Shown here: piece after piece, positions 25,568-34,498 of the stretch | Numbering within the stretch: the stretch's first letter is position 1 | Layout of the letters: the number at the start of each line of letters is the position of its first letter | Virus record (IMG/VR): IMGVR_UViG_3300037762_000149 | Reading direction: 5' to 3' (one strand) | DNA length: 48,298 nt | DNA from: a virus | Program-made: the position numbers and the translations under genes | Notes under the pieces: model-generated | What the model was told of the DNA's origin: nothing | The model's database searches: none | The model's input: only the letters and a program-made list of their open reading frames with translations

Positions 25568-27013
25568 ATGGCACGCACCAGCAAGACGAAGATCGGTGAC
25601 AGCGGTGAGTCGAGCGATCGCATGATGCGTGCGGCGGCCAGCGGTGCCGAAGCCGTGTCGCAGGCGAGAGGACAGCTTCTCGGTCAGTATCGAGAGGGTG
25701 CCGAGAACGCGAGGAACCTCAGCCAGACCGCCTCCAGCCTCGTGCAGCAGCACGAAGACCGGAAGACGCAGAAGGAGCAGTTCGCGAGCAAGATGGAGCT
25801 CGAGTCCGCGCAGATGGCCCAGCAGGAGTCGCAGTTCAGCCGTGGTCAAGCGCAGCAGGAGTCACAGTTCAGCCGTGGCCTACAGCAGCGGGAGAGCGAG
25901 ACCGAGCTCGAGGCGGCGAAGGCCGGGTTAGAACCCAACCAAGGCGGTCAGGGCGAAGGCGGCCAGGGCGGCGCGATGGCCGGCGCGCAGGCTGGCGCTG
26001 AGGGTGGAGCTCGCGCTGCTCAGCTCGAAGCCGAGATGGCGAAAGGCCAGGGCCAGCCGACACTTGGCCCACTCGATCCCGAGTCGCAGCAACGACTCAG
26101 CGACACGACGACGCAGCCGCTGGAGATGGACAGCCAGGGACGCTGGCGTCCGACCGCCGCGCGCAAGTCCGCTCAGGAGAGAGCACAGAAGCGTGAGGAC
26201 TTCCAGGCCGACACGGAGCGCATCCGTGCGATGGCTTACGAGCAGCAAGTGTCCGTGGCGGCGCAGAAGGCATTGATGGCCGGCGACATGGAAGCCTACG
26301 AGGAGCACGCGCAGATCCTCGCCAACGTGCCGAACGACCGGCAGAAGCAATACGACAGACTGATGACTGGTAAGGTTCCAGAGTCCGATTGGTCGGATAT
26401 CGCCAAGGAGGCGGCTGACAACCCAGAGCCCGGCCTCGCCGAAGACATCAAGGCTCATAACTTCTCACCGCGCGTGCAGGCGTTCATGCGGGCCCAGGTC
26501 GGCAAAGGTTCGCTGAAGGCGATCGTCGGCAGTCTTGGTGATACAACGAAGCTCAAGATCGACTGGACCAACCCGGTGATGGTGCAGTTCCAACAGATGG
26601 TGCAGACCGACGCTGAGTTCATGCGCGCGAACCCGGCGCTCGGCCAGCTCGGGTTCATCAAGAGCACCGACGACAAGATGCGCTTCCTCAACGTGACGGC
26701 GGCGGCCAAGATCATGATGGGCATGGGCCGCGCTCCGAGGGGAAAAGCCTCCGGAGGGATGGTGCCGGCGACGGAGGGTGGCGGCGGGGCTTCAGCCGGT
26801 GGTGCACCGGCTGAGTTGCCTCCTGGGAGCACGCAGGTGCCGGGCCGGTCCGAGGGCGCAGCGGCCGTCCGAGGCGCCAGGGCGGGCGGTGCGACGCCGC
26901 AGCAGGCGTTGCAGGCTGGTCAGCGGGTGGCGCCAACTGGACGTCCGACGCCTGAGGAGGAGGGCTACGGCAGCGAGTTGAGGCGGCGAGCAGGTCAGCG
27001 CTACCCACGATGA
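25568..27013 (+). CDS. Internal virion protein candidate (low-complexity, Q/E/G/A-rich)
   Basis: 481 aa from ATG 25568, just after the upstream stop. Contains a 33-bp tandem duplication. ATGA coupling to the giant gene. Confidence 0.65.
   Translation: MARTSKTKIGDSGESSDRMMRAAASGAEAVSQARGQLLGQYREGAENARNLSQTASSLVQQHEDRKTQKEQFASKMELESAQMAQQESQFSRGQAQQESQFSRGLQQRESETELEAAKAGLEPNQGGQGEGGQGGAMAGAQAGAEGGARAAQLEAEMAKGQGQPTLGPLDPESQQRLSDTTTQPLEMDSQGRWRPTAARKSAQERAQKREDFQADTERIRAMAYEQQVSVAAQKALMAGDMEAYEEHAQILANVPNDRQKQYDRLMTGKVPESDWSDIAKEAADNPEPGLAEDIKAHNFSPRVQAFMRAQVGKGSLKAIVGSLGDTTKLKIDWTNPVMVQFQQMVQTDAEFMRANPALGQLGFIKSTDDKMRFLNVTAAAKIMMGMGRAPRGKASGGMVPATEGGGGASAGGAPAELPPGSTQVPGRSEGAAAVRGARAGGATPQQALQAGQRVAPTGRPTPEEEGYGSELRRRAGQRYPR
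25820..25878 (+). repeat. 33-bp tandem duplication inside CDS
   Basis: cagcaggagtc[g/a]cagttcagccgtgg occurs at 25820-25845 and 25853-25878, encoding QQESQFSRG twice. Confidence 0.8.
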
Positions 27014-30000
27014 GCGGCCAAGCCCCACAGTTTCTGGCGCCCGAGACCGACTACCTGCTCGAACGGAAGAAGGCGGCGATCGGGTCAGCGATCACGGCGT
27101 CGAGCGGTGGCGATCCGCTTGTCGACCCGCCCGCGTTCGGCTACCCGATGTCGATGCAGGTGGAGGTCGAACGCCGGCTGACGCTGGAGCTCGACCGCAA
27201 CCAGAAGGTCAACGCGGTCTTCTCGGATCCGAACAGCGGCTGGGGCGACTTCCAGTCGTTCATGGACGGCGTCTTCGACAAATACAAAGCGCAGAACGAT
27301 GACCAAGTCATCAAGGTGCCTAAGGACGAGCAGGAAGCCATCAAGCAGATGCAGCAGATGCGCCCTGTGCAGGTGGACCCGAACGAGCTCGCCAACATCA
27401 AGCAGATGGTGGTGCAGAAGCTGATCCCTTCACTCAAGGCCGCCGATCCGCGTTTCGACTTCTGGAGCGATCCGCGCACGAAGAACTACGCGGACTGGCT
27501 GAACCGCGAATCTGGCGCCGGGACCGCTGGCTTCATGCAGAGCGGTGAGCAGGAAGCCTCGATCCCAAACGAGGTCTTTGGCATCGATACACACATCCCA
27601 GGTCTTGGTCGTGGGGCTGTAGCAGCGTGGCAGGGGATCGAGGGCATTGGGTCAGCGGCGACATCGGTCGTGCATGGACTCTGGGATCTCGGTCGCCAGT
27701 CGATCAACGCGATGGGCGGCCCGGACATCGGGCCCAGCTATCCGACGAACTACATCGAGACCGAGGACGGCCAGCTCGTTTCCAACGGAGGGAAGGCGCC
27801 GTCGATCATGGACGGGATCGTGATGACCTGGGCCTACGCGACGAACCAGAACATCGAGAAGTTTGCTGCGCAGGCAGGACGCGCCCAGGAGTGGGAGCTG
27901 GCGAACCGCGCGGGCCTTGGCGGGATCGCCACCTCCGTCAGTCGTCTCGGTGGCGAGCTTGTTGGCATGGCGCCGGGGTTCGGTGCCGCAGCAAAGCTCG
28001 GCGAGATGACGCTCGGCAAGCTGACGCAGAAGGGTCTGCAGTCGCTCGGCACGTTGCGGCTGGCGAAGGGAGCGCAGCAGAGCGATCGCGCCTTGAAGAT
28101 CATCGCCGCGATGGGGAAGGGCATCGGGCAGGCGAGCGGCATGGCGGCCTACGAGTCAGCGACCCAGGGCCGGGTGGAGGGCTACGGGGCCAGCTATCTG
28201 CACGGTTTGATGATGGCGCCGGTGCTGATGACGCTCGGCGCTTTGGGCAAGAAGACTGAGTGGTTTGCCGCGAACAGGATGGGCATGCCGGGAGCGGCGT
28301 CTCGTGCGATCGCTGGCGCGATGGAAGGTGTGGGCTTCGGCGCGATCGAGACGACGATCCCTGGCTTGCTGCCGTCTGCGTGGGGCTTCATCCGCGACCC
28401 GAACCAGTCGACCTGGGAAGCCTACGCGAAGAATATGCTCGCCTTCTCCATGGTGAAGATGGGGACAGGCCACACGGCGATCGCGTCACCGGAGCAGATG
28501 CAGATCCGCCGCGGGATCGGGCGCGCGTCGTTCGCCGAGAAGGTGGCTCGTGGTGAGGCGACGCCGGAGGAGATCAGCAAGGCACCGATCGCAGACGAGG
28601 CCAAGCTCCGCGATCTCGGCGAGGCGTCAATGCGCTCGCGTGAAGCTCAGACCGTTGGGGAGCGGTCGGCAGCGACGAAGCGGCAGCGCGAGATCGAGTC
28701 GGAGATGGACGTCGAAGAGTTCGGGCAACGACCACCGGCTGAGAAGGAAGTCGAGCAGGCGATGGAGGATGGTGGCGTCGAGAAGCTCTCGCGTGAGAGC
28801 GCCGAGCGCTCCAAGAAGTGGGAGAGTATCGTCTCGGAGACGAAGGAGCTGATCGCCAAGCAGCGTGATCCAGAGAAGCGGCTCACCGACGTCGAGCGCA
28901 AGCGGCTGATCGAGCTGATGGACATCACAAGCCGTGAGGCGCGCAAGGACGTGCTCGAGGGCCACCGGCGAATCCAGGAACACGCTCGAGAGCAGAGCGA
29001 GCAGGAGATGGAACGGTCACGTGAGGTGATCGAGGCCGGGGACGTCGCTGAAGCACTGCGTAGTGGCCGGCAGGTGACGGACATCCGCGCCGAGCGTACG
29101 AAGAAACTGGCCGAGATGGGGATCACGATCCCGGAGCGCAAGGAGCTCGTCGAGCAGCGGGCAAAGGAGGCGGAGCCGGGCGGCCAGGACCCCGAGATCG
29201 CGGCCATGGCGAAAAAGCTGGGGGTCTCCTACGAGGATATGCTGAAGGAGATGGGGGAAGAAGCGCCTACTCCGGCTTCACTTAAGCAAAACGTTCCACG
29301 TGAAACTATCGTTTCTGGCACTCCACACGACGTGATTGAGCCTGTGGAGATCGCTGATCTCGCCGCCCGCGTCGGAGACACCCGCACGCCAGCCGGCGCG
29401 CGAGCCGGGCCGCAGTCGCTGCAGGCGCAGCCGACGCAGCAGATCGAGGCGACACCTGGCACCGAGCAGGTGATGGCCCGCGACATCTACTCCGAGATGG
29501 AAGGGCGGCCGGGCAGCAAGGGCTTCCGCATCCCGCTCACCAGCATCCGCGTCGGCGGCGAAGCGCCTGACGTTGTGCGTGTGCCGATCCGTGGCGGGAA
29601 GATCGGCGGCAGGAACGTGCTCGGCGTCTTCAAGGCGTTCGAGAACCTGATCCGCACGAAGGAGGGACGAGATCTCGCCGTAGCCGCGCATGAGTGGTCG
29701 CATGCGATGCAGCGGCATACGATCAGCGACGCTGGTGGCAAAGACTTCATCTCTAAGTCCAAAGCGCAAGTTGAATCAGCGCTCAGCGGTCCTGATGGAC
29801 CAGCCATCGGCTTCGAGATGCGAGAGACGCTCAAGGACTACCCTGGCAGCGAAAACATGCCGAAGTGGTTGCAGTGGGCTGAGACGTGGGCCGAGTGGCA
29901 TGCTCGCAACCTGCTTGGTGAAGTCGGTCTCGACAAGAAGCTGCCGGCGATCTCGAGTTACATGCGGCAGTGGTTGGCTTCTCCGCAGCAAGCTGCGTTG

Positions 30001-32712
30001 CGCAACCAGTATGGCCGCATCCAGCAGATGCTCAACCGCTACAACGCTCAGGGCTCACTTGGCCGCTTGCGCCAGAGTCGGGTCAGCGGAGCTGCGCCAC
30101 GGACCGAGACCGAGAAGAAGACCAAGCCTGGACTCCTCCGTAGGGCACTCACCGCTCTGAACAAGTCGATGCTTGATGATGCGGCCGAGCTCAAGGAGTC
30201 GCAGGACAAGTGGCTTGCTGCCGCTGGTCGCAAGCCGGAAGACGTGTCAATCACCGAAGATCCGGCTCGCATGTTCGATGCGCTCCGGATGACCAGCGAC
30301 AAGACGGTGGAGCACTACGTCAACCGCGGCATCCGGCTTCCAGACGGGACGAAGGTGCCCGGCCTCAAATCGGTCATGGATGCGGTCGAAGGTCGCACCG
30401 AAGACTTCCAGGACTACGTCGTCGCTGTGCGCTCGCTCGAGCTCTACAAGAAGGGCAAGGAAGTCCAGCTACCCATTCAGGACTATGTGGAGAGCATCAA
30501 GCAGCTCTCCGCCAAGAACCCGGACTTCGTCGACCAACTGCAGAACCTCAAGCGATGGACCGACGCGCTGGTCGACTACGTCGCCGGGGCTGGCAACATC
30601 AGCGTGGAGGATGCGCAACGCATCAAGGACAGCTACGCGGTCTACGTGCCATTCTTCCGCTCGATCGAGGGCCCGGCGCAGCACGGCCAGGGTCGTGGTG
30701 TTGCCGAGCGCGGGACCGGCCTCTCACGCATCAAGGGCAGCACCTACGAGATCAAGGATCCGTTCATCTCGCTGCAGCAGGTCGCGCGCAGCATGGTCGG
30801 CAAGGCGCACCAGAATCAGGTGATGAGCGCCCTGTTCAAGATGGCGATGGGCCAGGAGGCCGGCGGCCTCGCTTCGATCGTCAAGCGCACGAACGTCCCG
30901 ACCGAACATCCTCTCCGTCAGCTCCTCGACGCGATCGAGAAGAAGGTCGAGCTGCCCGGCGACATGCAGCATGAGCTTGAGTCGGTGTTCGACGCGCTGC
31001 GACAAGCCGACGCGCTGAACCTGGAGACGGTGACCACCTTCGCGCAGAAGGTGATCCCGACCGGCGAGCGCAACATCATCGCCTTCACGCCACGGCTCAC
31101 GGAGAGAGAGATCGGTGAGTTGGTCAAGGAAGGCGCGCACCGCCAGACCGTGGAAGCAGCGAACAACAAGCTGCAGTGGCTGGAGGTCGACACGAAGGTC
31201 TACGAGTCGTTGATGGGCATCGACAAGATGCCGCAGCTCCCCGAGGCAATGCAGCCGGTGATGCGATGGCTCCAGGCTCCCCGCGATCTCGTTCGCTTCT
31301 TCGCCACCGGCGTCGCTCCTGGTTTCGTTGCCGCGAACCTTGTCCGTGACGCACTCTCGGCTCCCATCTTCGACCGCCAGGGCAAGTTCAGGCCGTTCGG
31401 TGGCTTCGTAAAGCTGATCCGAGGCGCGATCGAATACCACAGGGACGGCCGGATGCGCGATCTCTACGAAGAGCTCGGCGTGAAGACGTCATCGTTCTGG
31501 ACTGAAGGACGCCAGCGCGCGCTGATCGGTGAGGAGGTTGGCCTCTGGAAGAAGGCGATGGCGACCGCGGACAAGGTGCAGATCTGGTTCGCGCACCCTG
31601 AGAACTACATCCGCATGGCGGAGTTCAAGGACACCTACGAAGCTGCGATCAAGTCAGGCAAGACCGAGATGCAGGCGCGACTGGAGGCGCTCGAGGCCGG
31701 CCGCGAGATCACCGTTAACTTTGCTCGCGCTGGCATCTGGGCTCGCGTGCTGAACCAGACCATCCCCTACTTCAACGCGGGCCTGCAGGGCCAACGCAAG
31801 CTGTGGGGTCAGCTCCTCGCAGGCGGCATCGAGACGAAGGGCGACGAAGCGAAGGCTCGCGTGCAGCGTGGAGCGATCCTGAACGGCATCGCGAACCTCA
31901 CCGTGCCGGCGACGCTGCTGTGGCTGCTGAACAAGGACGAGGAGTGGTATCAGGACCTTCCCGAGTGGAGGAAGGTCGGCTACTTCAACATGAAGATCGG
32001 CGGCGAGATCGTCAGCGTGCCGAAGCCCTTCGAAGCCGGCACCGTGTTCGCCTCGCTGCCCGAGATCATGCTCGACCACATCGCAGGCGAGAACCCTGCC
32101 AGCATGAAGGCGGCGATGCACTCGATCGCCGGGCCCTACCTCGAGGTCGGCAACCTGATCCCAGCGTTCATCAAGCCGATCGCCGAGGTCGCGTTCAACC
32201 AGAACTTCTTCACTGGCAGACCGCTGACCCCCGAGTGGATCGCCAAGTCCAATCCTCCGCAGGAACAAGCGACCTTCTACACGACCGAGGTCGCCAAGGT
32301 GCTGTCGCGAGCGCTGAACGGTCTGCTGACGCCGACGGAGATCGAGGCGTTGGCTGGCGGCTACACGGCCGGGGCGACCACGAAGGCGATGCGGCTGCTC
32401 GATGAGATCTCAGGGCTCAAGGATCATCCAGGCATCACGATGAACCCGTTCCAGCGCTTCACCAGCCAGCAGGAACACGGTCAGAGCTCGTTCGTCGACC
32501 AGCTCTACAGTCTCAGCACGCGGCTCGACCAGAACGAGGAGACGCTGTCGACGCAGGATCTCGGATTGAAGCGCCGGGTCGACACAGCGAAGCGCCAGAT
32601 CAGCGAGCTGCGGAAGCGCTACCGTGCTGGCGCCATCAGTCAGGAGCAGGCCGAGGAGCTGAGCTACAAGCTCGCGCGGCCGCTTGTGGAGCAATCCGAT
32701 CGAGCCAGATAG
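27010..32712 (+). CDS. Giant internal/ejection polyvalent protein with zincin HExxH motif
   Basis: 1900 aa. The N-terminal third has several Gly/Ala-rich hydrophobic segments (LGGIATSVSRLGGELVGMAPGFGAAA, LHGLMMAPVLMTLGALG, GAMEGVGFGAIETTIPGLL). Next comes a charged coiled coil, then AAHEWSHAMQRH (HEWSH at 29689-29703), then a ~900-aa C-terminal region. Confidence 0.85.
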   Translation: MSGQAPQFLAPETDYLLERKKAAIGSAITASSGGDPLVDPPAFGYPMSMQVEVERRLTLELDRNQKVNAVFSDPNSGWGDFQSFMDGVFDKYKAQNDDQVIKVPKDEQEAIKQMQQMRPVQVDPNELANIKQMVVQKLIPSLKAADPRFDFWSDPRTKNYADWLNRESGAGTAGFMQSGEQEASIPNEVFGIDTHIPGLGRGAVAAWQGIEGIGSAATSVVHGLWDLGRQSINAMGGPDIGPSYPTNYIETEDGQLVSNGGKAPSIMDGIVMTWAYATNQNIEKFAAQAGRAQEWELANRAGLGGIATSVSRLGGELVGMAPGFGAAAKLGEMTLGKLTQKGLQSLGTLRLAKGAQQSDRALKIIAAMGKGIGQASGMAAYESATQGRVEGYGASYLHGLMMAPVLMTLGALGKKTEWFAANRMGMPGAASRAIAGAMEGVGFGAIETTIPGLLPSAWGFIRDPNQSTWEAYAKNMLAFSMVKMGTGHTAIASPEQMQIRRGIGRASFAEKVARGEATPEEISKAPIADEAKLRDLGEASMRSREAQTVGERSAATKRQREIESEMDVEEFGQRPPAEKEVEQAMEDGGVEKLSRESAERSKKWESIVSETKELIAKQRDPEKRLTDVERKRLIELMDITSREARKDVLEGHRRIQEHAREQSEQEMERSREVIEAGDVAEALRSGRQVTDIRAERTKKLAEMGITIPERKELVEQRAKEAEPGGQDPEIAAMAKKLGVSYEDMLKEMGEEAPTPASLKQNVPRETIVSGTPHDVIEPVEIADLAARVGDTRTPAGARAGPQSLQAQPTQQIEATPGTEQVMARDIYSEMEGRPGSKGFRIPLTSIRVGGEAPDVVRVPIRGGKIGGRNVLGVFKAFENLIRTKEGRDLAVAAHEWSHAMQRHTISDAGGKDFISKSKAQVESALSGPDGPAIGFEMRETLKDYPGSENMPKWLQWAETWAEWHARNLLGEVGLDKKLPAISSYMRQWLASPQQAALRNQYGRIQQMLNRYNAQGSLGRLRQSRVSGAAPRTETEKKTKPGLLRRALTALNKSMLDDAAELKESQDKWLAAAGRKPEDVSITEDPARMFDALRMTSDKTVEHYVNRGIRLPDGTKVPGLKSVMDAVEGRTEDFQDYVVAVRSLELYKKGKEVQLPIQDYVESIKQLSAKNPDFVDQLQNLKRWTDALVDYVAGAGNISVEDAQRIKDSYAVYVPFFRSIEGPAQHGQGRGVAERGTGLSRIKGSTYEIKDPFISLQQVARSMVGKAHQNQVMSALFKMAMGQEAGGLASIVKRTNVPTEHPLRQLLDAIEKKVELPGDMQHELESVFDALRQADALNLETVTTFAQKVIPTGERNIIAFTPRLTEREIGELVKEGAHRQTVEAANNKLQWLEVDTKVYESLMGIDKMPQLPEAMQPVMRWLQAPRDLVRFFATGVAPGFVAANLVRDALSAPIFDRQGKFRPFGGFVKLIRGAIEYHRDGRMRDLYEELGVKTSSFWTEGRQRALIGEEVGLWKKAMATADKVQIWFAHPENYIRMAEFKDTYEAAIKSGKTEMQARLEALEAGREITVNFARAGIWARVLNQTIPYFNAGLQGQRKLWGQLLAGGIETKGDEAKARVQRGAILNGIANLTVPATLLWLLNKDEEWYQDLPEWRKVGYFNMKIGGEIVSVPKPFEAGTVFASLPEIMLDHIAGENPASMKAAMHSIAGPYLEVGNLIPAFIKPIAEVAFNQNFFTGRPLTPEWIAKSNPPQEQATFYTTEVAKVLSRALNGLLTPTEIEALAGGYTAGATTKAMRLLDEISGLKDHPGITMNPFQRFTSQQEHGQSSFVDQLYSLSTRLDQNEETLSTQDLGLKRRVDTAKRQISELRKRYRAGAISQEQAEELSYKLARPLVEQSDRAR

Positions 32713-32723
32713 GTGAGGCGCCC

Positions 32724-33410
32724 ATGAGAAACCGACTTCCACTCCGTGTCTCGTTGCCGGCTATCGCACTCATGGCGATCCTCATGTGGGGGATCATCAT
32801 TCTGCTGGTCACCGGCTGCTCGGCTGTGCGCCCTGGCCTTCCAGGCACGATCGTCGCAGCGAAGGAGGCGACGATGGAGCAGGCACTAGCGCCGCCAACG
32901 ATCAAGGCTTTCCGGTCGCTACTCGTCGATGAGGATCCGCACTACGGCATCACCAGGAGGCTGTTCGGCCGGACTGGATGCGAGGGATCGATCCCGGCCC
33001 CATACATCATCCCGGCGCCGCGCGTGCCAACAGTCGGCCAGGAGTGGGAGTGCCTGTTCGTGACGTGCGTGTGCAGCTCGCCGCCTGAACCAGACTGGCC
33101 GGCCTGGATCATCTGCAGCACCAAGCCACCGGGGACTGGCTTCCCGGTCGATCTGACGCCTACTGGCCTGCCGGGCTGCTGGCTGCACGTGAACCCGGAG
33201 CTCCTCATCAGCGTGCCCGTGGGGTTCGAGGCCCCAGCAGGGTCACTGCTGACCCGAGTCAAAGGCCGTGGCCAGATCCTTCTCCGTTGGACCCCGCAGC
33301 CGGGCATGGGCGGCCAGCACGTCTGGATGCAGCTCATGGTACACGCTCCAGATCACTCGCCTGGCGGCTTCCTTCTCAGCCACGCGATTGAGGTGATCGT
33401 CGGGAGCTGA
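32724..33410 (+). CDS. Lipoprotein, Cys-rich, last gene of the rightward arm
   Basis: 228 aa. Signal peptide with lipobox LLVTG-C and six further Cys. SD-like AGGTGAGG lies 5 nt upstream of the ATG. Confidence 0.75.
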   Translation: MRNRLPLRVSLPAIALMAILMWGIIILLVTGCSAVRPGLPGTIVAAKEATMEQALAPPTIKAFRSLLVDEDPHYGITRRLFGRTGCEGSIPAPYIIPAPRVPTVGQEWECLFVTCVCSSPPEPDWPAWIICSTKPPGTGFPVDLTPTGLPGCWLHVNPELLISVPVGFEAPAGSLLTRVKGRGQILLRWTPQPGMGGQHVWMQLMVHAPDHSPGGFLLSHAIEVIVGS

Positions 33411-33583
33411 GGTGGCAACTCGAGCAGGCCATGCCTTCAAGCTCGAGTGGCTCTACGAGCACCGGAGCTCGGCTGAGCTCGATGCAGCGATCGAATCCGG
33501 CAAGTGTCTCTCTGGCTTCTTCACGCGGAATCCCTGCCTGCAGCCAGCCCGGTGGATGGGCCGATCCAGCCGGAAGGGAACGT

Positions 33584-34009
33584 TCAGCCCGTGGCTGGCG
33601 TGCGACCGGCATCGCTTGCGGACGGATGTGCCGCATCCGAGGTGGGGATCCATCCACGGCGCAGGGCTTCCCTCGCCAGCCCCAACTCCAGCCGAGCATG
33701 CTCGCGAGCGTGGGGCCGAAGGCTCCGACCGTGCTGATACCAGTGCAGGTAATGCGACAGGTCGTGCAGCAGAGAGTGCCAGCCACCGAACCGTCCTCCA
33801 GTGCGGTTCGGGTTGATGTAGTAGGTCGTGCCGCGAGGCCACGTGTAGCGACGGCCGGACGTGATCTTCACCTTCCCTCGCCACTTGTTCTTGGTGACGA
33901 ATCGATAGAGGCGGCGCACGGCATTGATCGCCTCCTTTTCAGATGGTGGCGGCGTGTCAGGGGGAATCACCGCATTCACGCGGCGATACCATTCTTTCAG
34001 TGTTACCAT
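33584..34009 (-). CDS. Hypothetical His-rich protein, last gene of the leftward arm
   Basis: 141 aa. Good codon usage from ATG 34009. GWHSLLHDLSHYLHWYQHG...HAREHARLE is a His cluster. Overlapping + strand ORFs look like shadows. Confidence 0.55.
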   Translation of the reverse strand: MVTLKEWYRRVNAVIPPDTPPPSEKEAINAVRRLYRFVTKNKWRGKVKITSGRRYTWPRGTTYYINPNRTGGRFGGWHSLLHDLSHYLHWYQHGRSLRPHAREHARLELGLAREALRRGWIPTSDAAHPSASDAGRTPATG

Positions 34010-34057
34010 GTGTGAACGTGCTCATCGTTGAGCGATCACACCATTATAAACTACCTG

Positions 34058-34498
34058 TCAAGAGCGCTTGATCGGTAACCACTGATCGAGTAGCGCCAAA
34101 TGGCAGTTGGGGCCAAACATCGGGCGAAGAAAGATTCTTGATATTTTTTCCCACGGGATGGAACGTCGATCTCGCGCGAGCTCGGAGGCAACGTCCATCG
34201 GGATCGTGGCGCAAACCTGCCCGCGGGCCCAACAGATGAGGGCTAAGCAGCCAGCTCGATGTGCCTCGGTCATCTCGTTCCACTGGTGAGCTGAAAGCCC
34301 TGGATTGCCACCGACCTTCAACGACGTCGCGTTCACCATCTTCGCTTCGATCAGGATGGCCCGGCCAGCCACCGTGAATCCGATGAAGTCGCACGGCGTC
34401 TGCTGCATCTCCTCGGGGATCTTGTAGAAGCGAGCTACCTGATAGTCCGCAAGCTCGCGGCCAGCCTTGCGGAGAAGGATCTCGAGTCGGTTGCTCAT
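34058..34498 (-). CDS. Holliday-junction resolvase, RecU-like PD-(D/E)xK nuclease
   Basis: 146 aa from ATG 34498 (TGATG junction with the primase-helicase stop). CDFIGF...GRAILIEAKMV, then LSAHQWNEM...GCLALICW. Confidence 0.8.
   Translation of the reverse strand: MSNRLEILLRKAGRELADYQVARFYKIPEEMQQTPCDFIGFTVAGRAILIEAKMVNATSLKVGGNPGLSAHQWNEMTEAHRAGCLALICWARGQVCATIPMDVASELARDRRSIPWEKISRIFLRPMFGPNCHLALLDQWLPIKRS

Noticed and set aside
33243-33440. 65-aa - strand ORF that reads protein-like (VAEKEAARRVIWSVYHELHPDVLAAHARL...)
   Set aside because: It is exactly in phase antisense to the C-terminus of the lipoprotein gene. It starts with TTG, has no RBS, and third-position GC does not favour it over the + frame.
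33412-34015. + strand ORFs 33412..33816 and 33431..34015 after the lipoprotein gene
   Set aside because: They overlap the - strand ORF 33584..34009, which has the better codon bias and fits the convergent operon layout. The first ~55 codons of 33412..33816 look plausible, so a very short + strand gene cannot be fully excluded.
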